Positions 29,537 to 38,819 of a stretch of DNA of 64,000 nt are shown piece by piece. The DNA is from an uncultured Pseudomonadales bacterium. Its GTDB lineage: Bacteria; Patescibacteriota; Microgenomatia; UBA1400; Chazhemtobacteraceae. The translations under genes and the position numbers were made by a program. The notes under the pieces were generated by a model that saw only the letters and a list, made by a program, of their open reading frames with translations, ran no database searches and was not told the origin of the DNA. Where the stretch lies: NCBI GenBank assembly GCA_964618725.1, contig CAZUBK010000001.1, positions 196,908 to 260,907 of the forward strand, given 5' to 3'. Within the stretch, counting starts at the first letter, position 1. Every line of letters starts with the position of its first letter.

Positions 29537-29589
29537 AGCTACCGATTGTAGCGGACTATTGATGAAATAGACAAGGTGTCATATAGTCA

Positions 29590-29618
29590 TTGACATTGCT
29601 TCGAGGCTAGCTTAGAAT
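29590..29618 (+). promoter_or_regulatory. Near-consensus sigma70 promoter
   Basis: TTGACA-N17-TAGAAT; AAGGAG RBS at 29651-29656 before ATG 29663. Confidence 0.7.
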
Positions 29619-29662
29619 TGTGAAGATAATTATCGGTTTGAACCTTAAAAAAGGAGAGCGTA

Positions 29663-30328
29663 ATGTACGAGGGTTTAGCAGGAGTTGATCACCCAGGTTG
29701 GGGTTTTACAGCTTCCTTGTCACGGCCAACCCTTATCTTGGGTGCTGGGATTGGGGGTACTGGTAAAAGTAGTTTCTTCAAACCACTTTCTAAGACAATC
29801 CAGAATTCTGTTTACGTTGATAAAGATCTGTTGACTTATTCCTTCCTTTGGAAACCACATGATGGGGAAAGAAAAGACATGACGCGATACATTCCCAAGG
29901 AGTATATTCATCCAGATGATGAATACTATTGGAAACATGTCTTGCGACAGGGTTACCATTACTTATTGATGATGGCGCGGCAAATGCTGGCCTTAGGTAA
30001 GCATCCCATTTTGGATGGGAATTACATTAAGGAAATAAGATGGGGGTACTTGGAAACCGTATTGTTTCCTTTCTTGGAAGGTATAGATTACCAATTTAAG
30101 ATTGTATTGGTACACACCTCTCCTGAGATTATTCGTCAAAGGCTAATTGCGAGAGCGGCAGATCATGACAGAATTAAATTGAGTTCTGAAGAAGAATGGC
30201 AAAAGTTGTTAATGGAACAACCGCCAATCCCACCAGAGATCGAACAATATTCGCATGTAAAAGTCGATACCTCTGTTCCTGTTACAAAAGCACAGGTTTT
30301 AGAAGTGCTCGATTTTCTGTCTACATAA
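29663..30328 (+). CDS. P-loop kinase (AAA_33/small-molecule kinase-like)
   Basis: GIGGTGKS Walker A, VDKD, ILDGNY, RLIAR lid motif. Confidence 0.75.
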   Translation: MYEGLAGVDHPGWGFTASLSRPTLILGAGIGGTGKSSFFKPLSKTIQNSVYVDKDLLTYSFLWKPHDGERKDMTRYIPKEYIHPDDEYYWKHVLRQGYHYLLMMARQMLALGKHPILDGNYIKEIRWGYLETVLFPFLEGIDYQFKIVLVHTSPEIIRQRLIARAADHDRIKLSSEEEWQKLLMEQPPIPPEIEQYSHVKVDTSVPVTKAQVLEVLDFLST

Positions 30329-30339
30329 TAAAGGCACAG

Positions 30340-30367
30340 AGCCCTGAATTTTTTCAGGGCTATTTTG
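30340..30367 (+). terminator. Intrinsic terminator
   Basis: AGCCCTGAA-tttt-TTCAGGGCT followed by ATTTTG. Confidence 0.7.
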
Positions 30368-30410
30368 TAACTTTAAGGAGCTGTTGAGGGAGGTGTGATA
30401 AGATTATTTT

Positions 30411-31007
30411 ATGGACAAAGCAATATTTCTTGACCGTGATGGGATAATAAATGAGTTTGTTTATTATCATGATATTGATACAATAGATGCGCCAAGAGGC
30501 GCTTCGCAGGTAAAGTTGGTACACGGAATAAGTCAATTGATTAAGGCAGTGAGAGAAATGGGGTTTAAAACTATAATTGCTTCAAATCAACCAGGGATGG
30601 CTTTGGGGAAATTAACTCGTGAATCTTTTGAGGGAATAACACAAAGAATTAAAAACTTGTTGGGTGAAGAGGGTGCCATATTAGACAACGAATATTACTG
30701 TACACACCATCCTTTTGGAATACATGAGTCTTTGGCGATACAATGCGATTGTCGCAAACCAGGAATTGGTATGTTTAAAAAGGCGGAGGATGAATTGGGA
30801 ATTGATCTGAAAAAGTCGTGGTTTATTGGCGATGGATTAACTGATGTCAAGGCAGGCTTCACAGCTGGCTGTAAGACGATTCTACGAGGTTTCCCTGATC
30901 AAACAGGATTTTTGGCTTTAGTAGAAAAGGAACTTGGAGACATTAAACCTGACTACATAATCCGAAAATTGCCTGAGGCAATAGAGATTATTCGCTCATA
31001 TGAATAG
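30411..31007 (+). CDS. gmhB: HAD-IIIA sugar-bisphosphate phosphatase (GmhB/LmbK-like)
   Basis: FLDRDGII, ASNQPG, CTHHP...CDCRKPG, FIGD..TD. Confidence 0.88.
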   Translation: MDKAIFLDRDGIINEFVYYHDIDTIDAPRGASQVKLVHGISQLIKAVREMGFKTIIASNQPGMALGKLTRESFEGITQRIKNLLGEEGAILDNEYYCTHHPFGIHESLAIQCDCRKPGIGMFKKAEDELGIDLKKSWFIGDGLTDVKAGFTAGCKTILRGFPDQTGFLALVEKELGDIKPDYIIRKLPEAIEIIRSYE

Positions 31008-31773
31008 TTTCCGAGACACCCAGGTGATAGTAGTCGCTGGAGGCAGGGGCACAAGGTTGGCACCTTTGACTGACACCGTTCCAAAACCTATGGTTGAGGT
31101 TGCCGGTAAGCCAATCTTGGAACACACGCTTAATCATTTTGCCTCTTTTGGATTTCGTAAATTCATTCTTTGCTTGTGCTATTTACCAGAAAAAATTGAG
31201 GATTATTTTGGCGACGGTAGTAAGTTTGGTTTGCAGATTGAATATGGTTATGAGGATCCTAATGAGCCTTTGGGATCAGCGGGAGCTGTTAGTCTAGTCG
31301 AGAAGCATATCTGTGGAAGTTTCTTTGTAACCTACGCAGATATTTTGCGTCATTTAGATTTGATAGATCTTTGGTCCTTCCATAAAGGAAATGGTGGGCT
31401 GGCAACCCTTGCCCTTCACTCTAGCCAAAGTATTTTACCTCGCAGTAAGATACTGTTTGATAAAAAGTCAAAGAAAATTGAAGGTTTTATTGAGCATCCT
31501 ACTCCAGATCAAGTGACGGAGAGACCAGTTTGGGCCAATGGTTCCCTTTATTTGTTTGAAAGAGAAATATTTGACCACCTTCCTTATGGCAAAAAATTTG
31601 ATTTCGGATCAGATATCTTTCCACTTTTACTTAAGGAAGGAAAATCTATATATGGTTATCCAAACGACGATTATTTAATTGACATCGGAACACTAGAAAA
31701 ATTGCATTTAGCAGAGGATGATATAAAATCAGGTAAATTGAAAACCTATGATTATAGTAAGAGCGCCTTTTAG
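31000..31773 (+). CDS. Sugar-1-phosphate nucleotidyltransferase (HddC/LmbO-like)
   Basis: AGGRGTRLAPLT..PKPM, EPLGSAG, YADI, DFGSDIFP, DIGT. Confidence 0.88.
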   Translation: MNSFRDTQVIVVAGGRGTRLAPLTDTVPKPMVEVAGKPILEHTLNHFASFGFRKFILCLCYLPEKIEDYFGDGSKFGLQIEYGYEDPNEPLGSAGAVSLVEKHICGSFFVTYADILRHLDLIDLWSFHKGNGGLATLALHSSQSILPRSKILFDKKSKKIEGFIEHPTPDQVTERPVWANGSLYLFEREIFDHLPYGKKFDFGSDIFPLLLKEGKSIYGYPNDDYLIDIGTLEKLHLAEDDIKSGKLKTYDYSKSAF

Positions 31774-32734
31774 AATCCCTCTTGGTGGTGGGGGCACTGA
31801 TTTACCATCCTATTATTCCAAATTTGGAGGAGAACTCGTTTCTGTGGGAATTGATAAATACATGTTAGTGATTGTTAATCGACCAATGGTAGATAAATTG
31901 ATAAGAGTGAAATACTCGAAGTCTGAAATGGTAGAAAGTGTCGATCAAATCCAGCATGAATTGGTCCGCGAATCACTAAAGCTTGTCAGAATAGAAGACA
32001 GTATAGAGATTTCTTCCATTGCTGATGTGCCATCGGGTACAGGGATGGGATCTTCAGGTAGTTATTTAGTGGCCTTATTGAAAGCTTTACATACTTTCAA
32101 TAGGGATGAAGCGACAGTTAAACAAATTGCTAATGAAGCCTGCATGATAGAAATCGAAAAGTTGGGGTCTCCTGTGGGAAAGCAAGATCAATATATGGCA
32201 GCATTTGGTGGTCTTACTAAATTAGTTATTGATAAAAAGGGTGTTGTTGAAGTGATTAGACCAGAATTACCTATGGGAACAATGAAAGATTTAGAAAGCA
32301 GTTTGTGTATCTTTTATACTGGGATCAGAAGGGAGAGTAAAGAAGTTCTAACTAAACAGAGTAAGGCTACTTCTGATGGTGATAAGCAAGTAATAGATAG
32401 TCTTCATTATATTAAAGAAATTGGTGGTGAAATCTACAAAGCGATCCTAAAAGGGAATATTCATAAATTTGGAGCACTGATGGATCTTCATTGGCAGCAC
32501 AAGAGAAAACTAGCAAGCAATGTAAGCAGTAGTGATATTGATCGATGGTATCAAGAAGGTAAATATGCGGGAGCTCTTGGCGGTAAGATCATGGGCGCAG
32601 GCGGTGGGGGATTTTTGATGTTTTGTTGTCCGGGAGACAAGACTGCCTTGCGTGCCGCCATGGCGAAACAAGGATTAAGAGAAATGTTTTTCAATTTTGA
32701 TTACGACGGTGTTAAGATTTTAGTTGATTTTTAG
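31748..32734 (+). CDS. hddA: GHMP sugar-phosphate kinase (HddA/LmbP-like)
   Basis: RAPFRIPLGGGGTD, PSGTGMGSSG, GKQDQY, GGKIMGAGGGGF. Confidence 0.85.
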   Translation: MIIVRAPFRIPLGGGGTDLPSYYSKFGGELVSVGIDKYMLVIVNRPMVDKLIRVKYSKSEMVESVDQIQHELVRESLKLVRIEDSIEISSIADVPSGTGMGSSGSYLVALLKALHTFNRDEATVKQIANEACMIEIEKLGSPVGKQDQYMAAFGGLTKLVIDKKGVVEVIRPELPMGTMKDLESSLCIFYTGIRRESKEVLTKQSKATSDGDKQVIDSLHYIKEIGGEIYKAILKGNIHKFGALMDLHWQHKRKLASNVSSSDIDRWYQEGKYAGALGGKIMGAGGGGFLMFCCPGDKTALRAAMAKQGLREMFFNFDYDGVKILVDF

Positions 32735-32741
32735 GAACTGA

Positions 32742-33863
32742 ATGAAAAAGGAGTTAAAGGTTTATATTGCCGGTACGGGGGCTGTATTTGAAGAAAAAAT
32801 GGTGAGAACACTAGCTATTTTAGGCTCAGAACAAAATAGATACTTGTTGGATATTGATATTGAACGCTTAATGAAAGCACCTGATGTCGGTGTAAAAATT
32901 GTAGGGGATTGTTTGAATCCACCAATTCGAGAAGTGCCTGAAAACGAGAGAGCGGAGACAACAGCGGTAATAGCGACACCTGATCATTTGGGAAGTATCA
33001 TCGGATTTATTGAAAGAGGCGTGCGACGTTTTATCGTTGAGAAACCATTGGTCAACAACAATCAGGAGGTAGAACAACTCAAAAAACTGATCACTCAGTA
33101 TCCAGATTTGCAAATATATGCTTTGGATTTTTATATTCAGAAATGTACTCCTTTATTGTTACTTGCTGGAACAATTTCTCCAGAAGACCCTAGATCAAAC
33201 TGGGTGAGGTTCCAAAACAACGAAGTTGTACCAGCGGAAATATTTGGGTCTATTGATAGTTTCATTGGAAAAATTGAAGGAATATCCGTGACGATTGTAG
33301 AAGGCGGAAAATTGGGAGTGCCTGATGTTGATGGTCGTTCTTGGCTTGAAAGGGACAAAAAGAGAGGTGGGGTACTGCTAGATTTAGCTATTCATGCAAT
33401 AGCTCCTCTGGTATCTTGCGGGTTGGTTACTTCTAAAAATGTGAATGTCATCCATGCAGAAAGAAAAAATTTCGGTGAAGATAGACGTTCTTTTATAGCA
33501 GCGCCTTCTGAAATGCCGGAAATGTACGCTCATGCCCTGCTGAGCTTGTTGACCGAAGATGCAAGAAATGTACCTATCGAGCTAACTGTTGGAAAGATAT
33601 TCCAAGACGGTGGTATATGGGAAATGGTGATTCGTGGTTCACAGGGAAACATAACAATTGGACTTCGTAGTGGACAACATTTAAGTGTTCAGTCAAATGG
33701 TTCGGCTGACTTTCAACTCAGCTTGGATAAAACAAATGATCCGTATGCATTGGCATTTCAAGAAGCAAAGATGTATTTTGAAGGTCGTCCGGGATTTGAC
33801 GGGAATCTTAAGGCAGCCCTCGAATCGATCGCGATTATAGAAGAGATTAAGCGCGTTTCTTAG
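32742..33863 (+). CDS. Divergent Gfo/Idh/MocA-like oxidoreductase
   Basis: IAGTGA, IATPDH, IVEKPL, GGVLLDLAIH. Confidence 0.65.
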   Translation: MKKELKVYIAGTGAVFEEKMVRTLAILGSEQNRYLLDIDIERLMKAPDVGVKIVGDCLNPPIREVPENERAETTAVIATPDHLGSIIGFIERGVRRFIVEKPLVNNNQEVEQLKKLITQYPDLQIYALDFYIQKCTPLLLLAGTISPEDPRSNWVRFQNNEVVPAEIFGSIDSFIGKIEGISVTIVEGGKLGVPDVDGRSWLERDKKRGGVLLDLAIHAIAPLVSCGLVTSKNVNVIHAERKNFGEDRRSFIAAPSEMPEMYAHALLSLLTEDARNVPIELTVGKIFQDGGIWEMVIRGSQGNITIGLRSGQHLSVQSNGSADFQLSLDKTNDPYALAFQEAKMYFEGRPGFDGNLKAALESIAIIEEIKRVS

Positions 33864-33870
33864 AAAGGTT

Positions 33871-34638
33871 CTAAATCAGTTTTAAATCCGGATTGTCTTT
33901 GACTTTTTCGAAGGCGGCGTCGAACTGGGCAATGGTTTCCAGGGCGCGGGTAGTAACCATAATTTTTTCGAGAATCTTTGGTGGGACTGTAACTATATCC
34001 GCGCCAAGACTAAAGGCTTCGATTATCTGATGCGGCTCTCGGACGCTGCCAATAATTATTTTCGTATCGAGTCGGTGATTGGCGAGATAGGTAATGGTGG
34101 CACTAAGAACGTCTTGAGGTTCTTGGCTCTCACCTCTTATAGAACTCTCCATAGCCCGTCCCCAGAATAGACTAATATAAGTACTGCCTTCTCCCGCATA
34201 GCGGCGACTGGCTTCGGCGGCTAACATCAACTGAGCGGTATTAATGCCGATAGTGGCATTGGTTTGGATGCCTCTTTGAGCCAATCTAGCAATTACTTTT
34301 AGGCCTTTTGTGTCATCAGGGATAATAGGAACTTTTATGACTGTATTGGTGGGAAAAAGTTCGTGGTAGGCAACAGCTAGGTCAACCATTTCCTCGGCTT
34401 CCATCTTACTGTCAGGAAGCTCGATTGAAATAGGGAAACCAGGGCCGACTATCTCACACATTTTGGTTAAGTGTCCAGGGATATCATAGATGCCTTCCTT
34501 TTCGAAAAGAATCAGTTGATTAGTGGTAATCCCCCCGATCACTTCCTGCCAGTTCCTAATCTGATTGAGGTCGCCCGAGTCAAGAAACCAACCAGATCGG
34601 TTCATGGGCGATCGGTTCTCTGGAGTAGTCTTAAGCAT
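33871..34638 (-). CDS. Transaldolase (TalC/FSA family; LmbR-like by context)
   Basis: FLDSGD, GITTNQ, ISIE (Glu), VIKVP Schiff-base Lys, TNAT, YISLFWGR (Phe), GSVR, GADIVTVP. Confidence 0.88.
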   Translation of the reverse strand: MLKTTPENRSPMNRSGWFLDSGDLNQIRNWQEVIGGITTNQLILFEKEGIYDIPGHLTKMCEIVGPGFPISIELPDSKMEAEEMVDLAVAYHELFPTNTVIKVPIIPDDTKGLKVIARLAQRGIQTNATIGINTAQLMLAAEASRRYAGEGSTYISLFWGRAMESSIRGESQEPQDVLSATITYLANHRLDTKIIIGSVREPHQIIEAFSLGADIVTVPPKILEKIMVTTRALETIAQFDAAFEKVKDNPDLKLI

Positions 34639-35254
34639 TTTTTATCCTTTCTATTAGATCAAATATTAATCCGTGATTTAGTACTACATGAAAGGCTTCC
34701 ACTGCTGGCGTACCATAGGGTTCTGAATCGACTGGAACAACTAAACACACATCGGACATTTTTTTCATAGCCCCACCATCGAAACCTGAGAAACTAAGTA
34801 TCTTGGCATTTCTCTCCTGGGCGAGCCGCATCGCAGAGACGAGATTTTGAGACCATGGGCCAGCATTGCCGGAGCCTGAACCGCCATGGACTGAGAAGCC
34901 GACTAAAACGTCATTTTCAGTGAGCCAGTTCTTGAGTTGACCAGAAAAGACACTACCCCAGCCCTCGTCATTAGTCCAGGCGCTAGCTAGGGGAATATTG
35001 TCAACTAAGGAAATTGCCTTAAAGCCTAAGCGAGCTTTATACTTGGGAATAACGGTTTTAGCAAGATCGCCGGCAAAGTGTGTAGCGGTAGAGGAGGATC
35101 CGCCACAACCCATGGTGAAAACAACACCCTGATTTTGCCAACATTCAAATAGTAAATCAACGGCTTGTTGGTACTCTTTTGACTTACGAAAATGCTCTGC
35201 AATTTCACTAATTAAATCAAAGTATTTTTGCGAATTGAATTCTTGGGCATCCAT
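34631..35254 (-). CDS. Divergent SIS-domain phosphosugar isomerase (GmhA/LmbN-like)
   Basis: GCGGSSSTATHFAGDL, SAWTND, FSVHGGSG, SGFDGG, VEAFH. Confidence 0.85.
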   Translation of the reverse strand: MDAQEFNSQKYFDLISEIAEHFRKSKEYQQAVDLLFECWQNQGVVFTMGCGGSSSTATHFAGDLAKTVIPKYKARLGFKAISLVDNIPLASAWTNDEGWGSVFSGQLKNWLTENDVLVGFSVHGGSGSGNAGPWSQNLVSAMRLAQERNAKILSFSGFDGGAMKKMSDVCLVVPVDSEPYGTPAVEAFHVVLNHGLIFDLIERIKNA

Positions 35255-35292
35255 GTGTAACCTATACTAGCATTTGAAAATTGACTGTCAAT

Positions 35293-36525
35293 ATGAAGAC
35301 AAGACTTAATTCTTACTACCTCAAGGACAAGAAGAAACTAATTGATTTCCTAGTGCCAACTGGCGCAAAAATTCAGAAAATCAAGGCTGAGGACTTTAGT
35401 TTGGGAAAGAAGTTTGATTATCTTGTTATGGACAATTTGATTGGTGAGATCAAAGATGTTTATAGCCTCTTTGAGCGAGTGAGGAAGCTCTGTAAAGATG
35501 ATACTAGATTAGTCATCACTTACTATAATCATCTCTGGGAACCAGTTTTGAAATTGGCATCGATACTAGGTTGGAAGAAACCAGTGGGCGAGTTAAATTG
35601 GCTAGATCAGGATGATATAAAAAATTTTTTGGAATTGACTGACTTTGAAGTTATCAATAGTGGGAAGAGACTATTAATACCAGTTAAGGTTCCTTACCTT
35701 TCTGACTTAGTGAATAAATGGATTGCACAACTGCCTGTGATTAATAGTCTATGCTTAACTACCTGGGTTACCGCGAGAGCAAAACCAAAAAAACGGCAGG
35801 AATTTTCTGTGAGCATTGTAATACCAGCACGAAATGAAAAAGGTAATATTTCGAAGGCCCTTAAATTGTTGCCAAAGTTTGGGAAATGGCAGGAAGTGAT
35901 CTTTGTCGAAGGACACTCTAAAGACAATACTTGGGAGAAGATAACAGAAGTCATAAGAGCGAATAAAAGGAAAAACTTAAGGTTAGTTGCCTTTAAACAA
36001 AAAGGTAGAGGTAAGGCAGATGCCGTGCGGCTGGGCTTTAGTAAGGCCAAGGGGGAACTTCTGATGATCCTTGATGCTGATCTGACAGTAGACCCTTTAG
36101 AACTACCGAAATTTTACAATGCGCTTTCGCAGGGTCAGGGCGAGTACATAAACGGAAGTCGGATGGTCTATCCAATGGAAAAAGAAGCGATGAGGACTTT
36201 AAATATATTGGGTAACAAAATTTTTTCGTTACTTTTTACTTGGATTTTGGGTCAGAGATTTAAGGATACTTTATGTGGAACAAAGGTGATGCTTAAAAAA
36301 GATTATTTAAGGATATCTAAAGGAAGAAAGTTCTTTGGCGATTTTGACCCATTCGGAGACTTTGACTTGATTTTTGGGGCGGTGAAGCAGAACTTGAAAG
36401 TGATAGAGATTCCGGTGAGATATAAGGAAAGAACTTATGGATCAACTAACATCAGCCGGTTTCGGCATGGCTGGTTGCTATTAAAGATGACATGGTTCGC
36501 TTTTCGGAAATTCAGAGCTTGGTGA
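35293..36525 (+). CDS. GT2 (DPM-like) fused to a degenerate N-terminal methyltransferase-like domain
   Basis: IPARNEKGNI, VEGHSKD, GKADAVR, ILDADL, GSR, DTLCGTK; N-terminus resembles 40320..40985 but lacks GxGxG. Confidence 0.82.
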   Translation: MKTRLNSYYLKDKKKLIDFLVPTGAKIQKIKAEDFSLGKKFDYLVMDNLIGEIKDVYSLFERVRKLCKDDTRLVITYYNHLWEPVLKLASILGWKKPVGELNWLDQDDIKNFLELTDFEVINSGKRLLIPVKVPYLSDLVNKWIAQLPVINSLCLTTWVTARAKPKKRQEFSVSIVIPARNEKGNISKALKLLPKFGKWQEVIFVEGHSKDNTWEKITEVIRANKRKNLRLVAFKQKGRGKADAVRLGFSKAKGELLMILDADLTVDPLELPKFYNALSQGQGEYINGSRMVYPMEKEAMRTLNILGNKIFSLLFTWILGQRFKDTLCGTKVMLKKDYLRISKGRKFFGDFDPFGDFDLIFGAVKQNLKVIEIPVRYKERTYGSTNISRFRHGWLLLKMTWFAFRKFRAW

Positions 36526-37258
36526 TTTTTGATTTAGTTGCCAGGAAATCTGTATAGAACACTGAGTCATAGACTTTTTGTTTAATCATGTTTTTTGTGA
36601 GTTGACTGAAAAGAGTGACTTTGAAACCGGATTTTTTAAGTAGATCAAGATAGTCGCTTGGATTACATCCGGCTTTGGCAAGGCCATAGGGCCAGAATTC
36701 TCCCAGAATAATTGGATTCTTGCTGCGTTTAAGAATCTCAAGGGCACCTTTGAAGACTTGATAATCAAATCCTTGGGCGTCTATCTTAAGAAAGTCTATA
36801 GACTTTGTGCTCGAAAAATACTTATCTAAGGTAATCGAGCGAACATAAGTATATTTTCTATTCTCACCATTATCGTAAGTCTGATGGTCAACATTTAAGT
36901 CGCTTGATGTGTACAACTTTAACTTTTCGATTTTGTTTCCGACTGCTTTTTTGATGACCTTGATGTTTCTGTACGGGCGAGTGGTTTGCTTAAGGTACTT
37001 GAAATTTTGGATGTCGGGCTCAAAAGCGTGGACCTGTCCGGTTTTATTCAAAAGATTTGATAGAGCAATAGAATAGAAACCAATGTTGGCGCCTACATCG
37101 ACAGTAATCATTCCGGGCACTATGATCTCCTTGAGCAAATCAATCTTGGATTTGTTAACAAAATATTTATAGTGGAAGTAGAAAAACCGGTATAGATTGA
37201 AGTGGCTTTGATAAAGATGATTAAAGGCGACAAAAACAAGTTGTTTAAAGTTTGGCAT
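36512..37258 (-). CDS. FkbM family methyltransferase
   Basis: VDVGANIGFY, HAFEP, LKIDAQG, GEFWP. Confidence 0.88.
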   Translation of the reverse strand: MPNFKQLVFVAFNHLYQSHFNLYRFFYFHYKYFVNKSKIDLLKEIIVPGMITVDVGANIGFYSIALSNLLNKTGQVHAFEPDIQNFKYLKQTTRPYRNIKVIKKAVGNKIEKLKLYTSSDLNVDHQTYDNGENRKYTYVRSITLDKYFSSTKSIDFLKIDAQGFDYQVFKGALEILKRSKNPIILGEFWPYGLAKAGCNPSDYLDLLKKSGFKVTLFSQLTKNMIKQKVYDSVFYTDFLATKSKITKL

Positions 37259-38819
37259 GAGCTTTAGAAAGACAATGATCGGATTCTATCAAGACCATGG
37301 GTCTAAGACTAGTATTGGGAATCTGAATAATATTGATGATCTTGTTTGGATAGAGATCTAAAAACCGGGGAAGAATTTCTTTTTGCATGTAAAGTTTGTC
37401 CCAACAAAAGGTGAAGAGGTCTTGCGTTTCGTCCAGGCTGGTTTTAATTTTCTTAAGATCTGAGGTAATCGCATATAAATTCGGCTTAACTTTTTTTAGC
37501 TGATCAGCATAGAGATCCCCATACCATTCTTGGCTGGTAAGTAACGCATAATCGATCGAGTAACCGTATTCCCAGATAACGGCCTTCTGTGGTGGGTGAT
37601 TAGCGATGAAATTCTCCAGAGAATTGGCTTGATCGACAGCCAGGGAAGTATGTGTTAGATATGAACTGATCACTGAACTTGAGGCAAATAATACAAAGAT
37701 AATGAATAAAGATTTTAAAATGCGATTGAATCGGGGAAAAAGCAAAGAGGCAATAAAGGCAAAAGCGAAGTAATTGGTTTGTTGGTAACGACTAAGCGAG
37801 TGCTTGGTAAAAGCTAAAATAAAGCCAAAGACAATACAAGCGAGTATTAGCAAAGGGAAGGTAATTTTGTCGCGAAGTTTGTCTTTAAAGTTAAAGAAGA
37901 CCAAAATGAGCGATATGAGAATGATAAAAGTAATTGCAAATGATTCGTTATGCCAGAGGGTTTTGATTGAGGAAATATGAGTTGATATGTTGATTAAGTC
38001 CACAGATCCATCACCGTGAGCCCCCGAGCGTGTGGCAAGCTTAAGTGCCCAACTGATGATGCTGTTGTAGTCTTGAAGGATTGGCGAAATGCCGTAAATA
38101 AAGCCGAGTAAAATGAATATTCCTACTACAATGGAGAAAGGTAAACCTACTGGAAGACTATACATCAAAATGGTCAATACTGGCGGTACCACAGCGAAGG
38201 CCATATTTGTGAATTTGTTGGCGACGGATAGACCTGAAAGTAAAGCAGTAGCGAAAAGGGGGATCTTGTTACGAGTCTTTAAAAAAATGTAAAGGCATGA
38301 GAACCAGATACTGAGAAGAAAAAAGGATACCGTCTCTGAGGCAATTGAGACACCTAAAGAAGGAAAATGTCTGTAACTGAAAAGGGCTAACCAAGAAAAG
38401 ATGATGGCCAACGAGGAATGAGTAGCCCTATAGATGAGAGCTAAAAAGATACTCAAGGCGAGAGTAAATATAAGGCTGTAAAAAACTCGGAGATACAAAT
38501 AGAAATAACCTTGATTGACGATGCTCCAGTAAATAAACTCTGATGGTTGGCTCAAAGAGAAAAAGTGTTTTAGGGGAAGAATGACCTTAGAGAGAGTAAC
38601 TATCGAGGGTGTTGCAGGATGATCAATATAGTAAATTTTGCCAGTGTCGTTGTAAAGTATGGCATTGGTAACATAAACTGCGTCGGGTTCGAAGGTAAAG
38701 AAACTAGTTCTTGGACCGCCGATGAGTACAGGTAAAATGGAGACTAATCCGCCTAGAAGCGAAAGTCCGATGATAATAGCCCGACCAATTAAAGGCTTGT
38801 TACTAGGTTTCTTTTTCAT
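37245..38819 (-). CDS. Polytopic membrane protein, GT-C-like
   Basis: EPDAVY..NA, YIDHPATP, ANKFT; paralogue of 38816..40357. Confidence 0.68.
   Translation of the reverse strand: MKKKPSNKPLIGRAIIIGLSLLGGLVSILPVLIGGPRTSFFTFEPDAVYVTNAILYNDTGKIYYIDHPATPSIVTLSKVILPLKHFFSLSQPSEFIYWSIVNQGYFYLYLRVFYSLIFTLALSIFLALIYRATHSSLAIIFSWLALFSYRHFPSLGVSIASETVSFFLLSIWFSCLYIFLKTRNKIPLFATALLSGLSVANKFTNMAFAVVPPVLTILMYSLPVGLPFSIVVGIFILLGFIYGISPILQDYNSIISWALKLATRSGAHGDGSVDLINISTHISSIKTLWHNESFAITFIILISLILVFFNFKDKLRDKITFPLLILACIVFGFILAFTKHSLSRYQQTNYFAFAFIASLLFPRFNRILKSLFIIFVLFASSSVISSYLTHTSLAVDQANSLENFIANHPPQKAVIWEYGYSIDYALLTSQEWYGDLYADQLKKVKPNLYAITSDLKKIKTSLDETQDLFTFCWDKLYMQKEILPRFLDLYPNKIINIIQIPNTSLRPMVLIESDHCLSKAHAKL

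Noticed and set aside
30196-30387. Short overlapping ORF across the kinase end, and the other 60-135 aa antisense or alternate-frame ORFs in the track
   Set aside because: They are nested in well-supported genes or cross a terminator, with no motifs or start signals.
25489-35254. Complete lincosamide antibiotic cluster
   Set aside because: No amino-acid/proline-branch, condensation, thiol S-glycosylation, LmbS aminotransferase or resistance genes are seen; the context is surface glycan.
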